Shown here piece by piece: positions 21,999-34,600 of a DNA stretch of 64,000 nt. Under the pieces are notes generated by a model, which saw only the letters and a program-made list of their open reading frames with translations, did no database searches and was not told the origin of the DNA. Origin of the DNA: Priapulus caudatus (taxonomy: Eukaryota); the NCBI RefSeq assembly GCF_000485595.1, contig NW_014577089.1:287485-351484 (forward strand), given 5' to 3'. How positions within the stretch are numbered: position 1 is the first letter of the stretch; each line of letters begins with the position of its first letter. Both the position numbers and the translations under genes were made by a program.

Positions 21999-22014
21999 GT
22001 TACGCATTAGCAAC
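21999..22014. promoter_or_regulatory. Possible RFX X-box in the DNAH10 proximal promoter
   Basis: GTTACGCATTAGCAAC about 140 bp upstream of the ATG; good TAGCAAC half-site, imperfect left half and long spacer. Confidence 0.35.
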
Positions 22015-22151
22015 AGTAAACATAGGTGACGCGGAGTGCGGCGTTGGCTGGCTACTGTATGTGTCAGATAAAACGTTTCCTGCATTTGTAAATAGTTGAG
22101 ATCCGCGCACTTGGGCTTTTTATTTATTATTGTATTTTTGAATATGCGCTA

Positions 22152-22377
22152 ATGGATGACGTACGAGTAAAGTGGCTTCGTGATCAACTTTATTTAGGGC
22201 TTGATTTGCCAAGCAACTGTGATGCATTTGACGAATTGCTGAATCGACCCGATGGCATAGCTAGGACTGAAGTTGATAAATTTCTGGACACCCCTCTAAC
22301 TGAGGCGGATGACCCTATCGTCGTTTATTTTCATGCGGTTTGTGAAGAAACTGAAGAGGAAATTAGTGTTGTAGTTG
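22152..22377 (+). CDS. DNAH10: DNAH10 exon 1
   Basis: [17 protein letters not shown]...[13 protein letters not shown] donor. Confidence 0.9.
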
Positions 22378-25300
22378 GTATGTATTACCTATAGAGTAGT
22401 ACTATTAGTACTGACCTAAATTTTATTCGGTTTATTGACTAAATTCTAGCTTCTAGGTTTGCTCAATCCTAGTTTGGTACCCCGTCACCTTGGAAGAAAA
22501 AATGTTATTGTTAAGACGTAATTTTGTTTCTGACAACGGGCTCCCGGTCTATATAATTATAAATATAAGTCGCATATTATAAACTTATCTGGGGTGCTAA
22601 ACTAGGATTGGGCTCGCTCAATTTAGCATTTAAAGTTAATTGCCGTAAGCCTATATTTAATGGCTATACAATGGCACTATTTTATGGTTATAGAACGCAC
22701 CTTTTACCAGAACATGTCGGTTCAAGGATAGAGAACATGGGTCCCATTGAGACCTATGTCATTTTCGTAAATGTCGGGGGTGGGGGGGGGTAGCCCCTTT
22801 AAAATCGACAGGGGTGCTGGTGAGGGTGTTAATTCTTTGTTCATTTCAACCGATAAACATGATGTGAAGTGTCGAAAAAGTGTCGATGTGAAGTGTGAAG
22901 TGTGAAGTGTCGATGTGAAGTGTCGAAAAAAATGCGTTGAAGCGACCCGACCCGCCCAACCCGACCCGACCCGCCCTAACTCTAACCCTAACCCTAAACA
23001 TACCTCATATAAAAATATAAACATAATACTAAACAACCTAAAACTATACCTCGGGTACATATCTGTAGTACCTGATACGACAACGACCCCCATCTGCGTC
23101 AGTAACGTCAATCCACATACACGTTAATATTAACAGTTTACATTTACCGTTGAGTAATTGTCAAGAGTGACAGATCGACGTAACCATATAGATGTAGATT
23201 AAAACTACTTACTAGTACTACAATATTGTACTTTGTAGTACTGAGCACATGCTAACCTTAATACTATAATATATAATACTATATATATTATATGATATAT
23301 ATATATAACGCTGCCCGTATTGTTTTTTAGCTCTGTCACACTAAGCCTACACGGGGTAAGGTAAGGTCCACATGAGTATAGAGCTATTTTAATGATGATA
23401 GCAGGGTTCTCCCCAGGATGAAATTCAAACAGGGGGGAGGGGAGGGGAAGGGGGAGGGGGGAAACTAGGAGGGTCCGGGGAGAGCGTGTTTTTTTTAACC
23501 GTACCACTAATTAATGCGTAAAATCGCCACCACACCATAGACGGTATTTGGGGTTCTTGTATATATAAGATAGCCGAGTCGGTGTTCAGTTAGTGTTGGG
23601 TGTGGGACAGGTTGACTGTTTGTACTTGTGTATTGTCTGCAGTGCATGCGTGGCAGGGTAAAAATACACGTGCCGGGTGTCCTGGTCGAATGGGAATTCT
23701 TGACGATCGATTCCCCCGCTGGCAAACTTTTATTGTGGTAGAATTTAATCGGGGCGGAGGTAATTTAAACGGGGCGCAACGATTGAAACAGGGGGGAGTT
23801 TTCCCAAACGGGGCGCGCGCGCTCCGTTTGCGCAACGTAGGGAGAACCCTGGATAGCTATAGTGACCGAAGCGGGATTATGAAGATAATATTTTGGTTAA
23901 AAACAAATAAAGATGTATATGCGGCCTTATTTATGGTGAGCATATATACCTGCTTTGATGGTTGGTTGGGAGGTGGGGTTTGTATCATTATGTAGTCAAA
24001 CTGTTTTCCTTCATAATTTTAGGTGGAAATTTTTCTCTGATTTTATTGCATCGGAGCGTCGCATAAGCCGTAAAGTACGGTATATTATTGGGTAAAATGG
24101 TTCGTTAATGTTAAATATGACCACCACGTATTAAATGCTACCGGGTATACTTAATTGCATGTAAACTGTAATGTTATTGAATGCTTAACCTATAGTTATA
24201 AATGCTACCAGGTAGCAACGCCAGGTACCAGGTACCAGGTAATGTAAATGCAATCCAGATAAGTAATCATCTTTGTCTTCTTTCTTTTTATGCTTCTTTT
24301 CCTGTGCTATTTCTTTTGCCTTCTCTTTCTTCTTTTCCTCCTCCTCCATCTTCTCTGCCACCTCATCGTCATCCTTCATCTTTTTATATATTTTTCTCTT
24401 GTTTTCTTCATTCATAACTTTGTTTCTTTTTGCACTCACTATCACTGTTCATACAAAGTACAATGTAAATTTACATCTTTTTCACTATGCAAACATCCAA
24501 CAATGTCAGGCTCGGGTATCGCTATTAATTTTATAAATGTCCAAATGATCACTAGCCAATGCTAATTAATACGTAATTATTACTTATGACCTACCTTACA
24601 GATGAAGAATCAACATCTGTAGCTGTAATTGAAGTAGAAGAATTGCCTACAGAAGTTGCTGGTGTACTAAGCAATGAGGAAATACAAGAATCTATCCTGG
24701 ATGTGAATAATACAGCACAGTCCTTGGTTGAAAATACCGAGAATGAGGCTATTCGTACTTCTAATTCAGAAACAAAGGGTTTGTATAAATTGGCTCAAAA
24801 AAACACATATATTAAGAAAATACCAGAACTAAAGTTTATAGGGTAGAATATGATTTAAAGTGGCTATTCAACTATAACCGTAAACTTTCACGTTCCTACT
24901 ATATCATGCCTACACAGTTATTGTAACTTCAAGAAAAATATAAAATAACGTTGCACCTACATGCATAACATCTACTATTGCATAACATCTACATGTGGGA
25001 ATTACACAGTTATTGTAACTTCAAGAAAAATATAAAATAACGTTGCATCTACATGCATAACATCTACTATTGCATAACATCTACATGTGTAATGACTTTG
25101 TATGACTAAGTATAGCTGGCTTTGATATTTACAGCCAGAACATAAGTGCACAGAGTATATATAGCAGGCTTATAAATGTCCAAACCTTTGCACATTTCTG
25201 ATCAGTTGCTCTTGAAAGTGCTATACAGTATTAAAACAATCAAGGTAAAAGACTTGAAAATGCCATTAGAATAGTGCCAAATTTCGTTGCAATTTTATAT

Positions 25301-28300
25301 TTTTCTTTTGCTATTGACCATAATCTGTTATACATCACTATAAATTGAGCGATCGTGGAATCTGTGTTACATGTCCTTGTAGCGCTGCTGCGCTCCATCA
25401 TCTAACCTTTATAAAACCATTATAAAATCATTATAGCAGACCTGTGATTTGTTATTAGTTTTAAAATGAATTTCAGGTTGAAAATGTTCTTCAGAATAAT
25501 TTGTTAAATCCATACATCAATCTCAATCACTCAGATTGTCTCAGAATGCACCTAATAGATGTTTGCCATTTTGTAAAAATTACTTAATTATAATTTTGTT
25601 CTGAATTATGTAAAGGGTAGAGTCCAGTCAGCAGAAGTTGCTAAATAGTTGACTGGGATGGCTTATCGTTCAAGTAGTATTCATTGTCATTGGTATGGTC
25701 TGTTATTAAATTTGTATTTAAATTTTGTGTTTGCAACCTAATGATTCAGATAAACAGTCAGTTTCGCAAAAGCATTCTGCTATCAAGCCATCAAAAAGTG
25801 CTTCTGGGTCAAGTCAGCAGCTAGAGTCAAATGACGTACCATTGGCTAACACTGATGTAGAGGAAAAGAAAGAGGAACTACAAACGGTACAACCTGCACA
25901 GAAAATGGTATGTAATTGTGTTGCCACTATTATAATCATTTGATGTATGGATAAGCCTCATCATGTTCAAAAATTATTCAAGGTTATTGGTTTAAAAATC
26001 CACAGTTATTGCAAATTAATGGATAGCTTTAATGTGTTTGTTTAACAGTTGTTTACAGTTGAATTGTATATTTAAAAGTTTAATAGCACCAAGAATAAAT
26101 TGTGTTGTGTGACCTAGATGTTTACACATGTAACAATTCATGCATTCACAGGCGTAAACAATGCATAATAAAGATAACTGAGGTAACCCAATCAAATTTA
26201 TCTTAGAGAAATACTTTTTGGCAAATTTAACATATTTCATCTATGATGATGAGCAATTAAATCATTATTTGAATGTAATTTTTTTTATAGAAAAAGGTGA
26301 TTCAAAAAGTGACAACAGTTAATCTCTTCCTTCATAAAGGAGATCAGCCTGATGTAATATCACAACAACGATATATGTTCTTTTTAAGGTAAAGATTTTG
26401 TATACATATGTAACTGAAATTATTTATCTATATTATTATAATTACATTGTATGAAGGTACACAAATATCATTTGCAAATATATTGACTACACCAGGTCTG
26501 AAATTTTAAGGAAGTTCTGGTAATCAAAAGTGAAACTTTCTGGATTTGCTACAGACGTGTTGAAATCACTATAAGAAAATGTATATTGATTTATTACCTA
26601 AAAGTTGCCGGTGTCACTTAAAAATTTACAGTGTGCCCTAATATATCCTTTTATGAATCTGTATGTGCCGCTCAATGCTGAAATTGAAAACGTGAATGCA
26701 TACTCATCAGCTTACATATCATACATATTTCTGGAAAAATGTAAGATAATCATGCATACTGTTTTATACACACTGGCATATCTTGTAGTAAATGTAGAGA
26801 AAATTAGTTGGAAATTAGTGGAATCTGTACAGATTTTGAGTGTCAGATTTTGAGTTGATATTTTTGATTCATGAAGAATCAAATTCGTATGCATTAACTT
26901 GATAAAAGGTGTTTGGTAAGAACGTCTGTACAATGAACATGCAAACTCGAGATATTCAATGCATGGTTGCTATATATATGCCAATTGTTGTTTTTACATA
27001 TTTTAAGTGAAACTTGCTGGTCCTACATTGTTGATTCTAGCTCTGTAGAAAGTCGTTACCCTAGCACTTGATGTGCTGCTTTGTAGAAACTTATGTATTT
27101 ATGATGCTGGTAGAACAATAGGTGATGCTGTGCCCGTGCCTCAATCAGAAGATGAACTGTATGACTTGTTACCAGAAGCCATCCAGATTGGATTTTTAGG
27201 TGAAGAGACCCTGAATGGTATGCAGCAGGTTCTAACACAGGTATGCGTAAATGATAAGCAATAAAATATTATGATATGATATTTAATATTACAATAATAT
27301 TATAGCATCATTTGACAAAGAGCTGCTCTAAATATCTAAATGTGCAAAGAAACGGTTACAGTAAACACTTTTGAGTAAATTCTGAATTCACAAGTAAGCA
27401 TGGACAAGTCAATAATTATAAGTTCTCGTGCTGTGTTTACTGCTGTGTATATCAGTACCGTAGCTAACCCATTTTGCTAGGGGGGGGGGGGGCAAAGCCA
27501 TGTGTGGGTGTGTTCTTGGAAGGTGACTGCCATTGGCCATGTATTGTATCTAATTTTTCTGGGTGGCAACTGTCCCCCCTGCCCGAGTACCCACGACCAT
27601 GTATATAGTTATTTTATTGTTCTACTTGTTCTGCCCTGTTGCACAGCTAACACCAGTCTTTACTGGCTACTACACACTAAAATACTACTACATCAACAGA
27701 AATCATTTCCAGGTTTTAAAACGTTTTATAAAAATCTTTGTAGTGAATAATAAACCACATAACTTTGTTGTGTTTTTACTGTTCTTCAGGTATATGCACC
27801 CTTGATATCCTTTAAGACGACTAACACAGGCGAGCTTGACCCACAGTCCTTTAATCAGGCAAATGGAGATAGCAATACTAAGGTCATTGGTACTGCCATG
27901 AAGGAGGCAATGCCACCCACAGAACTGAAAAGCCATGCTCTTCTGAGAGACGAGTTTCTCATCAGCATACAGAAATTTGCTGGCCACATATCGAGAACTG
28001 TCCAGCAATTGGAAGGTGAACTTGTGTTTTGATAAATATTCTTTTGGGTTTTGTGGTAGTATTTGATGAAATTAAATGTATAGTCATTTACATAAGTCGT
28101 TAAATGTATAGTATGGAGTATTTATTGATTATGTGTATTTTCCTGTACATACTACTACTAGTACAATAGTAAAAATCATTTTATTTCAATATGTTGATTT
28201 TCTCTAGTAACCTTATAATGTGTATGTATTTTATCATATACAATAACTTCTACAGTACTTGTTCAGATATTTCTGTAGGCAGTAGCAAGACAAGTACAGT

Positions 28301-28608
28301 GTGCAACAGATTTGGTAAATTGTCTGACTATATTTTGGCCTGGACTGTTGGTTCTCATGAACAAAGATGTTCCGTGGTTGCTAGTTGAGAACAATAAAAT
28401 CTGTTTGCAATGTTTAAAATCTGGTACAATAGTTGTGCTCTCTACGTACAGCTTGTATTATTCCCGACAGGGGAAGTTCACCTATATGTACCAGATCTAA
28501 AGCTGACTGACGATGACAAAGATGTGCTTGGAAAACCAGCTGTTTTACAGGAGGTAGAAAATACTGTAGCAAAATGGCAAGATCAGATATATACAGGTAA
28601 TATATAGC

Positions 28609-28660
<52 letters not shown>

Positions 28661-31600
28661 TCCCACACTCCTTCCTCCATCACTCCTGTATCTTGCCCTC
28701 CATCACTCCTGCTTCCTGCCCTCTCTTCCTCTTGTTCTCTCACCCATACTGCCATATCTCTGATGTTTTCTACCTCATGAGGTGGAAAACTTCAATGCTA
28801 TTTCAGAGCTGTGCTCACACTCCATTTATACAAACTGCTGTGACTGCATATTTTATGTTGTTTAGCACTTGAGCAGGAGAAGAGCAGAGTTCCACAGGGC
28901 AAAGGTCCTCTAGCGGAGATAGACTTCTGGAGAGAACGGAGTGGTACTCTTAGTGCACTTATAGAGCAGTTGAAGCTACCTGCTGTGAAACAAATGACAG
29001 CCATTCTGTGCAAGATTGATAGTCAGGTGTGAAGACACGTCAATCGCAATTATGTGCGATTCGTTACACGATATAAACATTATCAAGAATACATAATTAA
29101 AAATATGTTCATAAATTTATATTTTTTTATTATACTACAATTTATGTGTACTCTTTTTTGTATTTTTCACATTTTCGTTATTATGGCTTGTAATAAATAC
29201 TAACTAATTAAACATAATTTCATTACTAATTTATGTCAAGTGAAAATTAACGGCGTTAATTACTTTGATCAGTATAGTAGTATAGTAGTAACTAGTTATA
29301 AAAATGTTGTGATGGCTTGTTAAAGAAGGAAGTTATGCATTTTATACAGGTGTACTTCGGTTTTGAAGATCAATGTGCAGACTTGACCAAGTATCACACA
29401 GAAGCCAAAGACAATGTACGCTTCCTTACAACACTGGAAAGACATTTCAGAAACCTCACCTATGGTGCTAATTTTCAGGTACAGTTATAATCCATTGAAG
29501 TGTAATGAACAATAGAGTAGATTTCTCGAAATAAGTGATGATGTGAAGAATTGATATAAGAGTATTTCTCCTTAAATAGTGCTAGGTTCTTGATATATTG
29601 AGTATTTGAATAATGCTAAATGATCGAGTAAATAAATTGATTTTAATAATTTTATTATTGTATTATGTTAAACCTATTTAGCTATATTAGTACATATAAA
29701 CTATAGTAATGAGGTTTATGACATGCAGAAAACTGGTCATGTAATGTTTGATTAACATGTATACTAGTTCTAGGTTGTGGAAATTTATAGATAAACTTTA
29801 AAAAACCATTCACAGAAATACTAGTAAGATCTCTGACCTTTATACATGAAACAGGCAGTCATGGAGACTATACCGTCAATGATGGCTGCTCTGCGGGTTG
29901 TGTGGATTATCTCGAGGCATTACAATACAGACGAACGCATGGTGCCCCTAATGGAGATGATTGCCTGGGAACTGACTGATCGAGTCTCTAGGGTCATAAA
30001 TCTGCGGACACTTTTCAGGTATGCAGTCACTAAACGTACACAAGTTAGGGAGCAGACTACTAGAAGAAAAAGCAATGTAGAAAGGCATAAAAGTAATTTA
30101 GTCAAATTATTTTTGTGAAAACGGGTTATTGTTAATGACTTTCATTTATTATAATTAGGAAATGCATATATGCAGTTGTGGTGTGATCATGTTAATCCTT
30201 AATAATATATATACAGAATTATTACACCTAATTGCAAAATAATTTTATAGGGACTCGCATCAAAACGTTAAGCAGAAAACGTCGGATGCCAAGCAGTGTT
30301 TGGAATTGTGGAGCAGGTGCTATCATGAAACACGTGCTAAAATAGAAGCATCAGGTAGAGATGCTCGGTGGGAGTTTGACAAGAAGCGTCTGTTTGAGAA
30401 AACAGACTACATGTCTAAGATCTGCGATGACCTCTTTAATATTGCACAGGTATAATTGTTAGACAATTCTATTGCCACATTGCTATACCTTTACAAATGT
30501 AATGTGTTACTCACGTTTTTCTAATAATCAAGGCAACTTGCAGGCACGTTTATTGGCCTGATATAGCAGTAAGTATTAAAATACTTGTTTGAATTTGCAG
30601 GTAATGGAGGAGTTCTATAACATATTTGGGCCAGAACTGAAGGCAGTAACAGGAGATCCTGTGAGAATTGACAATGTGTTGAAGCGAGTAGATGCCCTCG
30701 TCCGACCAATTGAAGAGGTAATGTTGTGTAGCTGTTCAAAGTAATCAGCACTGTCAATCGAGTCTCGAGCTCAATAATGGTTGTAGAGAGTTTTTCAGTT
30801 TGCACAGGCTGGGTCCCTAGAGCTTACCTAGTTCAGGATGCAAACGTGGGCATATATAGCTGACAGATTTGGTGCCTAGGTTGGATTCGACCCATTTCAA
30901 CATGCCAACGAATACAAGTGGCGTGCAATCATGGATTGGTTCAAACGTGAGGTCGTCTCCATTGAAGAGGAAGCTAAGCACTTCATTGATGAATCGTTCA
31001 AAACCCTTCGGTCCGCAGAAGGTGCCTTTGATATGCTTCTCAATTTTAAACACATTCGATCACGAGAGGCTGTCAACAGGCAGATGATGGAGAAGTTCAA
31101 TGATATTCTGCTACAGTATGCGAAAGAGGTGAGGTATTCCAACACTTTTTGCAACTTTTTTTAGAAAAGTTGGAGCTTATTTCTAAGAGAAATTATCTTA
31201 GGTAATGGTGTTACATTTATTATGCCATTATCAGTCTTTGTAAGAAACACCAATGTTTAAAAAAAATATTTTTTAAAAGGTTGACCAAGTGGCAACATTG
31301 TTCAGGAATTTTAAAGACAATCCACCTCTGAACAAGGATGTACCACCAGTATCGGGTGCTATCTACTGGGAGCGACATATGTTCAATAGGATAAAGCACA
31401 CAGTGATTCGTTTCCAATCTCTAGATGAGATGTTCATTACAGAATCAGGGAAAGCTGTAAGTATAGCTGAGAGGGTCTATGTCCTCCAGGGTACTATCGG
31501 AGGGTACCCTCGGTACGGTTTGTTATATCGGAACGTACCCTGGTACTATCTAATATGCCGGACCGTACCTCGCCTATTCTACTAACGAGTCTAGGGAGTC

Positions 31601-34600
31601 GCCTACGCTTACTCCCTAACTCTAACCTAACCCTAACCCTAACCCTAACTCTAACCATATCAGATAGTTACCAGGGTACGTTCCGATATATCGAACCGTA
31701 CCCAGGGTACCCTCCGATAGTACCCTGGGGGACATAGACCCTATGAGCGTAAGTATATTTGTAAGAGTATCATGCCTATGAAAGCTAATGGAGTTTCTGG
31801 GTTTGCTATGACATTTTAAGAAACAGAAACCTTTGTTGAACATGTGCCATTATCGGTGGACACTGTGGAAAACATCTGTGAGTTTGTTAGTATAATAGCC
31901 CAGATTCATGTACAATAGTTAATATTATTATTCTACCTCTAAATCTAAATCAAAATCTAACCAGGTGCAGATTGAAATGTAATGGAAAATTCTTGTGACG
32001 TTTTCTTGTCAGGCACGGGCAAAGTACTTGTCAGTAGCAATGGAGATGAAAGACTATGAGGATAAAAAGTATGAATCTTGGAGGGAGCGAACAGAAGCTA
32101 TAATGCCTTCACTACTCAAGCGCAACCTGCTAGCAATATCTGGTACCTCTTCTAATGGACGGCAACCCCAGTTACACCCAAGGCGCAAATCAGTTGTAAG
32201 CAGAGTTGAAAAGAGAACTGAAAGTCCAGGTAAAATGTTTCGATCCAAAATTCCTGATAAGTGTAACCTTAGAAATAACATAAGAAAATGTTATAAATGC
32301 TATACTCTCGTATCTATATTATATTTGTATCCCCCGCGACGAAGTCGGCAGGGATAATGTGGTTTCATGTCTCCCCAGCCGCCACCGCCGCTCGGTCCGC
32401 CGCAGAGAATTTCTCTTCCGCTCTATAACTCCACCCCTAATTGACCTAGCGTGACCAAACTTGGTATACTTACACATCTTGGGGAGAAGGTGAGCAGCGT
32501 ACCAAAACCAGGTCACTGCGACCTTTATTTGACCTTTACCTTGACCTTGATCATATTTCCCTTTCGCTCTCTAACTCGGCCCACTAATTGACCTAGCGCT
32601 ACCAAACTTGGTATACTTACACATCTTGGGGAGAAGGTGAGCAGCGTACCAAAACCAGGTCACTGCGACCTTTATTTGACCTTTACCTTGACCTTGATAA
32701 TATTTCTTTTCCGCTCTATAACTCGGCCCCTAATTGACCTAGCGCTACCAAACTTGGTATACTTACACATCTTGGGGAGAAGGTGAGCAGCGTACCAAAA
32801 CCAGGTCACTGCGACCTTTATTTGACCTTTACCTTGACCTTGATTATATTTCCTTTCCGCTCTATAACTCGGCCCCTAATTGACCTAGCGCTACCAAACT
32901 TGGTATACTTACACATCTTGGGGAGAAGGTGTGTCGCATACCAAAACCTGGTCACTACGACCTTTATTTGACCTTTACCTTGATCTTGATCATATTTCCC
33001 TTCTACTCTATAACTCGGCCCCTAATTGACCTAGCGTGACCAAACTTGGTATACTTTCACATCTTTGGGAGAAGGTGTGTCGCGTACCGAAACCAGGTCA
33101 TTGCAACCTTTATTTGACATTGTCCTTGACCTTGATCTTTATCATATTTTTCTTCCGCTCTATAACTCGGCCCCTAATTGACCTAGCGCGACCAAACTTC
33201 ATATACTTACACATCTTGGGGAGAACACGGGGGATACATGTAGTTGGCGACAACTGCCCTTTCTAGTTTATAATAATACTGCATTTCTATGACTGAAAAT
33301 AACAGTTCTTATTCATTGCTTTTAGGTCCCGGGATGAATGATGTCAACATCATCGTTAACTTCTCTCCCGACCAGATGGAAATTGTGTCCGAAGCTAAGC
33401 ACATGGAACAGCTAGGGTTTCCTGTTCCTGAACTGGCCAGGAATGTTGCTTTGCAGGTAATTGTTTGTTTGGAAATTCTCCTTACATTACGGATTTTCCA
33501 ATCGCAGAATTTGTGTATTCACAGTTTAATATTTGTATACTATTTCTCCAATCGCAGCACAAGATTTCCTAATTCCCTGTTACGGCTCAACTCATTTCTG
33601 CCATGCTCATCAATTCAAACCATGAGGAACATTTCCTAGTTTGATATGTGTGCATCTTCACTTGTTACTTATTTTTGAGAGTAATGCATCATAGCAAGTT
33701 ATTATACTTGCATAACAATCCATGATGATCATGATTGACAGGAGGAAAAGTACATATTTTATGTGGATAGCCTGAATGACATGCTGGCACGGTATCACTC
33801 ACTCCTGTTGTCACTTGATCCACCTGAATACGAGCTGCTAGCAGACAACATCAAGGAGCTACGACGAGTGATTGAACCAGGAGCAAAACGACTCAACTGG
33901 AATTCGCTTGGAATCTATGACTTCGTAGCTAAGTGTGAAAAGGTTGGTGTGCTTCAACACAATGCAAAAGTTCAATGTCTGTTTTTGGTGCATGTAACAC
34001 CAAACGTTTATATGAATGAACATTATATATTAATATACATATATTACATAATGTTCATTCATATAAATTAAAATATACATATAACAAAATTCTAAAATAA
34101 TTTTCTCTAGATATTAGGATTTTGATTTTTTTGCAGGCAATAGGAAAGTTTGAGTCAATAGTGAACCAGATACAAAAAAATGCAAAGGACATCAATCAAC
34201 GAATGTTGTTGATAGAAACAGCAGATTTCTTCACATACCCGACTTCAGGTGATGGAGGCCAGTTGCCGGATTGCAAGGTTGGTTACTGTTTGGTGTATTT
34301 TCTGATTCTTTCAATCAGTATTCCTGAAAGGATTGTAATTAGGCTAATTATACACTATTTTACCACACTCTCATTCCCTGCAGGATTTCTTTGAGTTTTT
34401 GGAGCATGAGAGAACACGTGACTTTGAGTTGCTCACTAGGAAGTATCGTGCCATTGGCCCTCTACTCACCAAAATGGAAGGTTTGGTTGTGCATACTAAT
34501 ACTGGGAAATCAGCAAAACTGGCTCCATACTATGCCTACTGGGAGAAGCGGATGTATGAATCACTATTGAAGGTACAATATACAATTGATGCAATTAATT

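Noticed and set aside
22700..23180. Repeat-like block with gtgaagtgtcga units, ccgac repeats and CCCTAA units
   Set aside because: Probably a transposon remnant, but no matching termini or TSD could be defined.
24185..24565. Lys/Glu-rich and Phe/Ser-rich ORFs
   Set aside because: Pyrimidine-rich low-complexity intron sequence.
32418..33226. Regular repeats as a CRISPR-like array or repeat-protein gene
   Set aside because: Units are contiguous near-identical tandem copies without unique spacers, inside a eukaryotic mobile element; ORFs are incidental.
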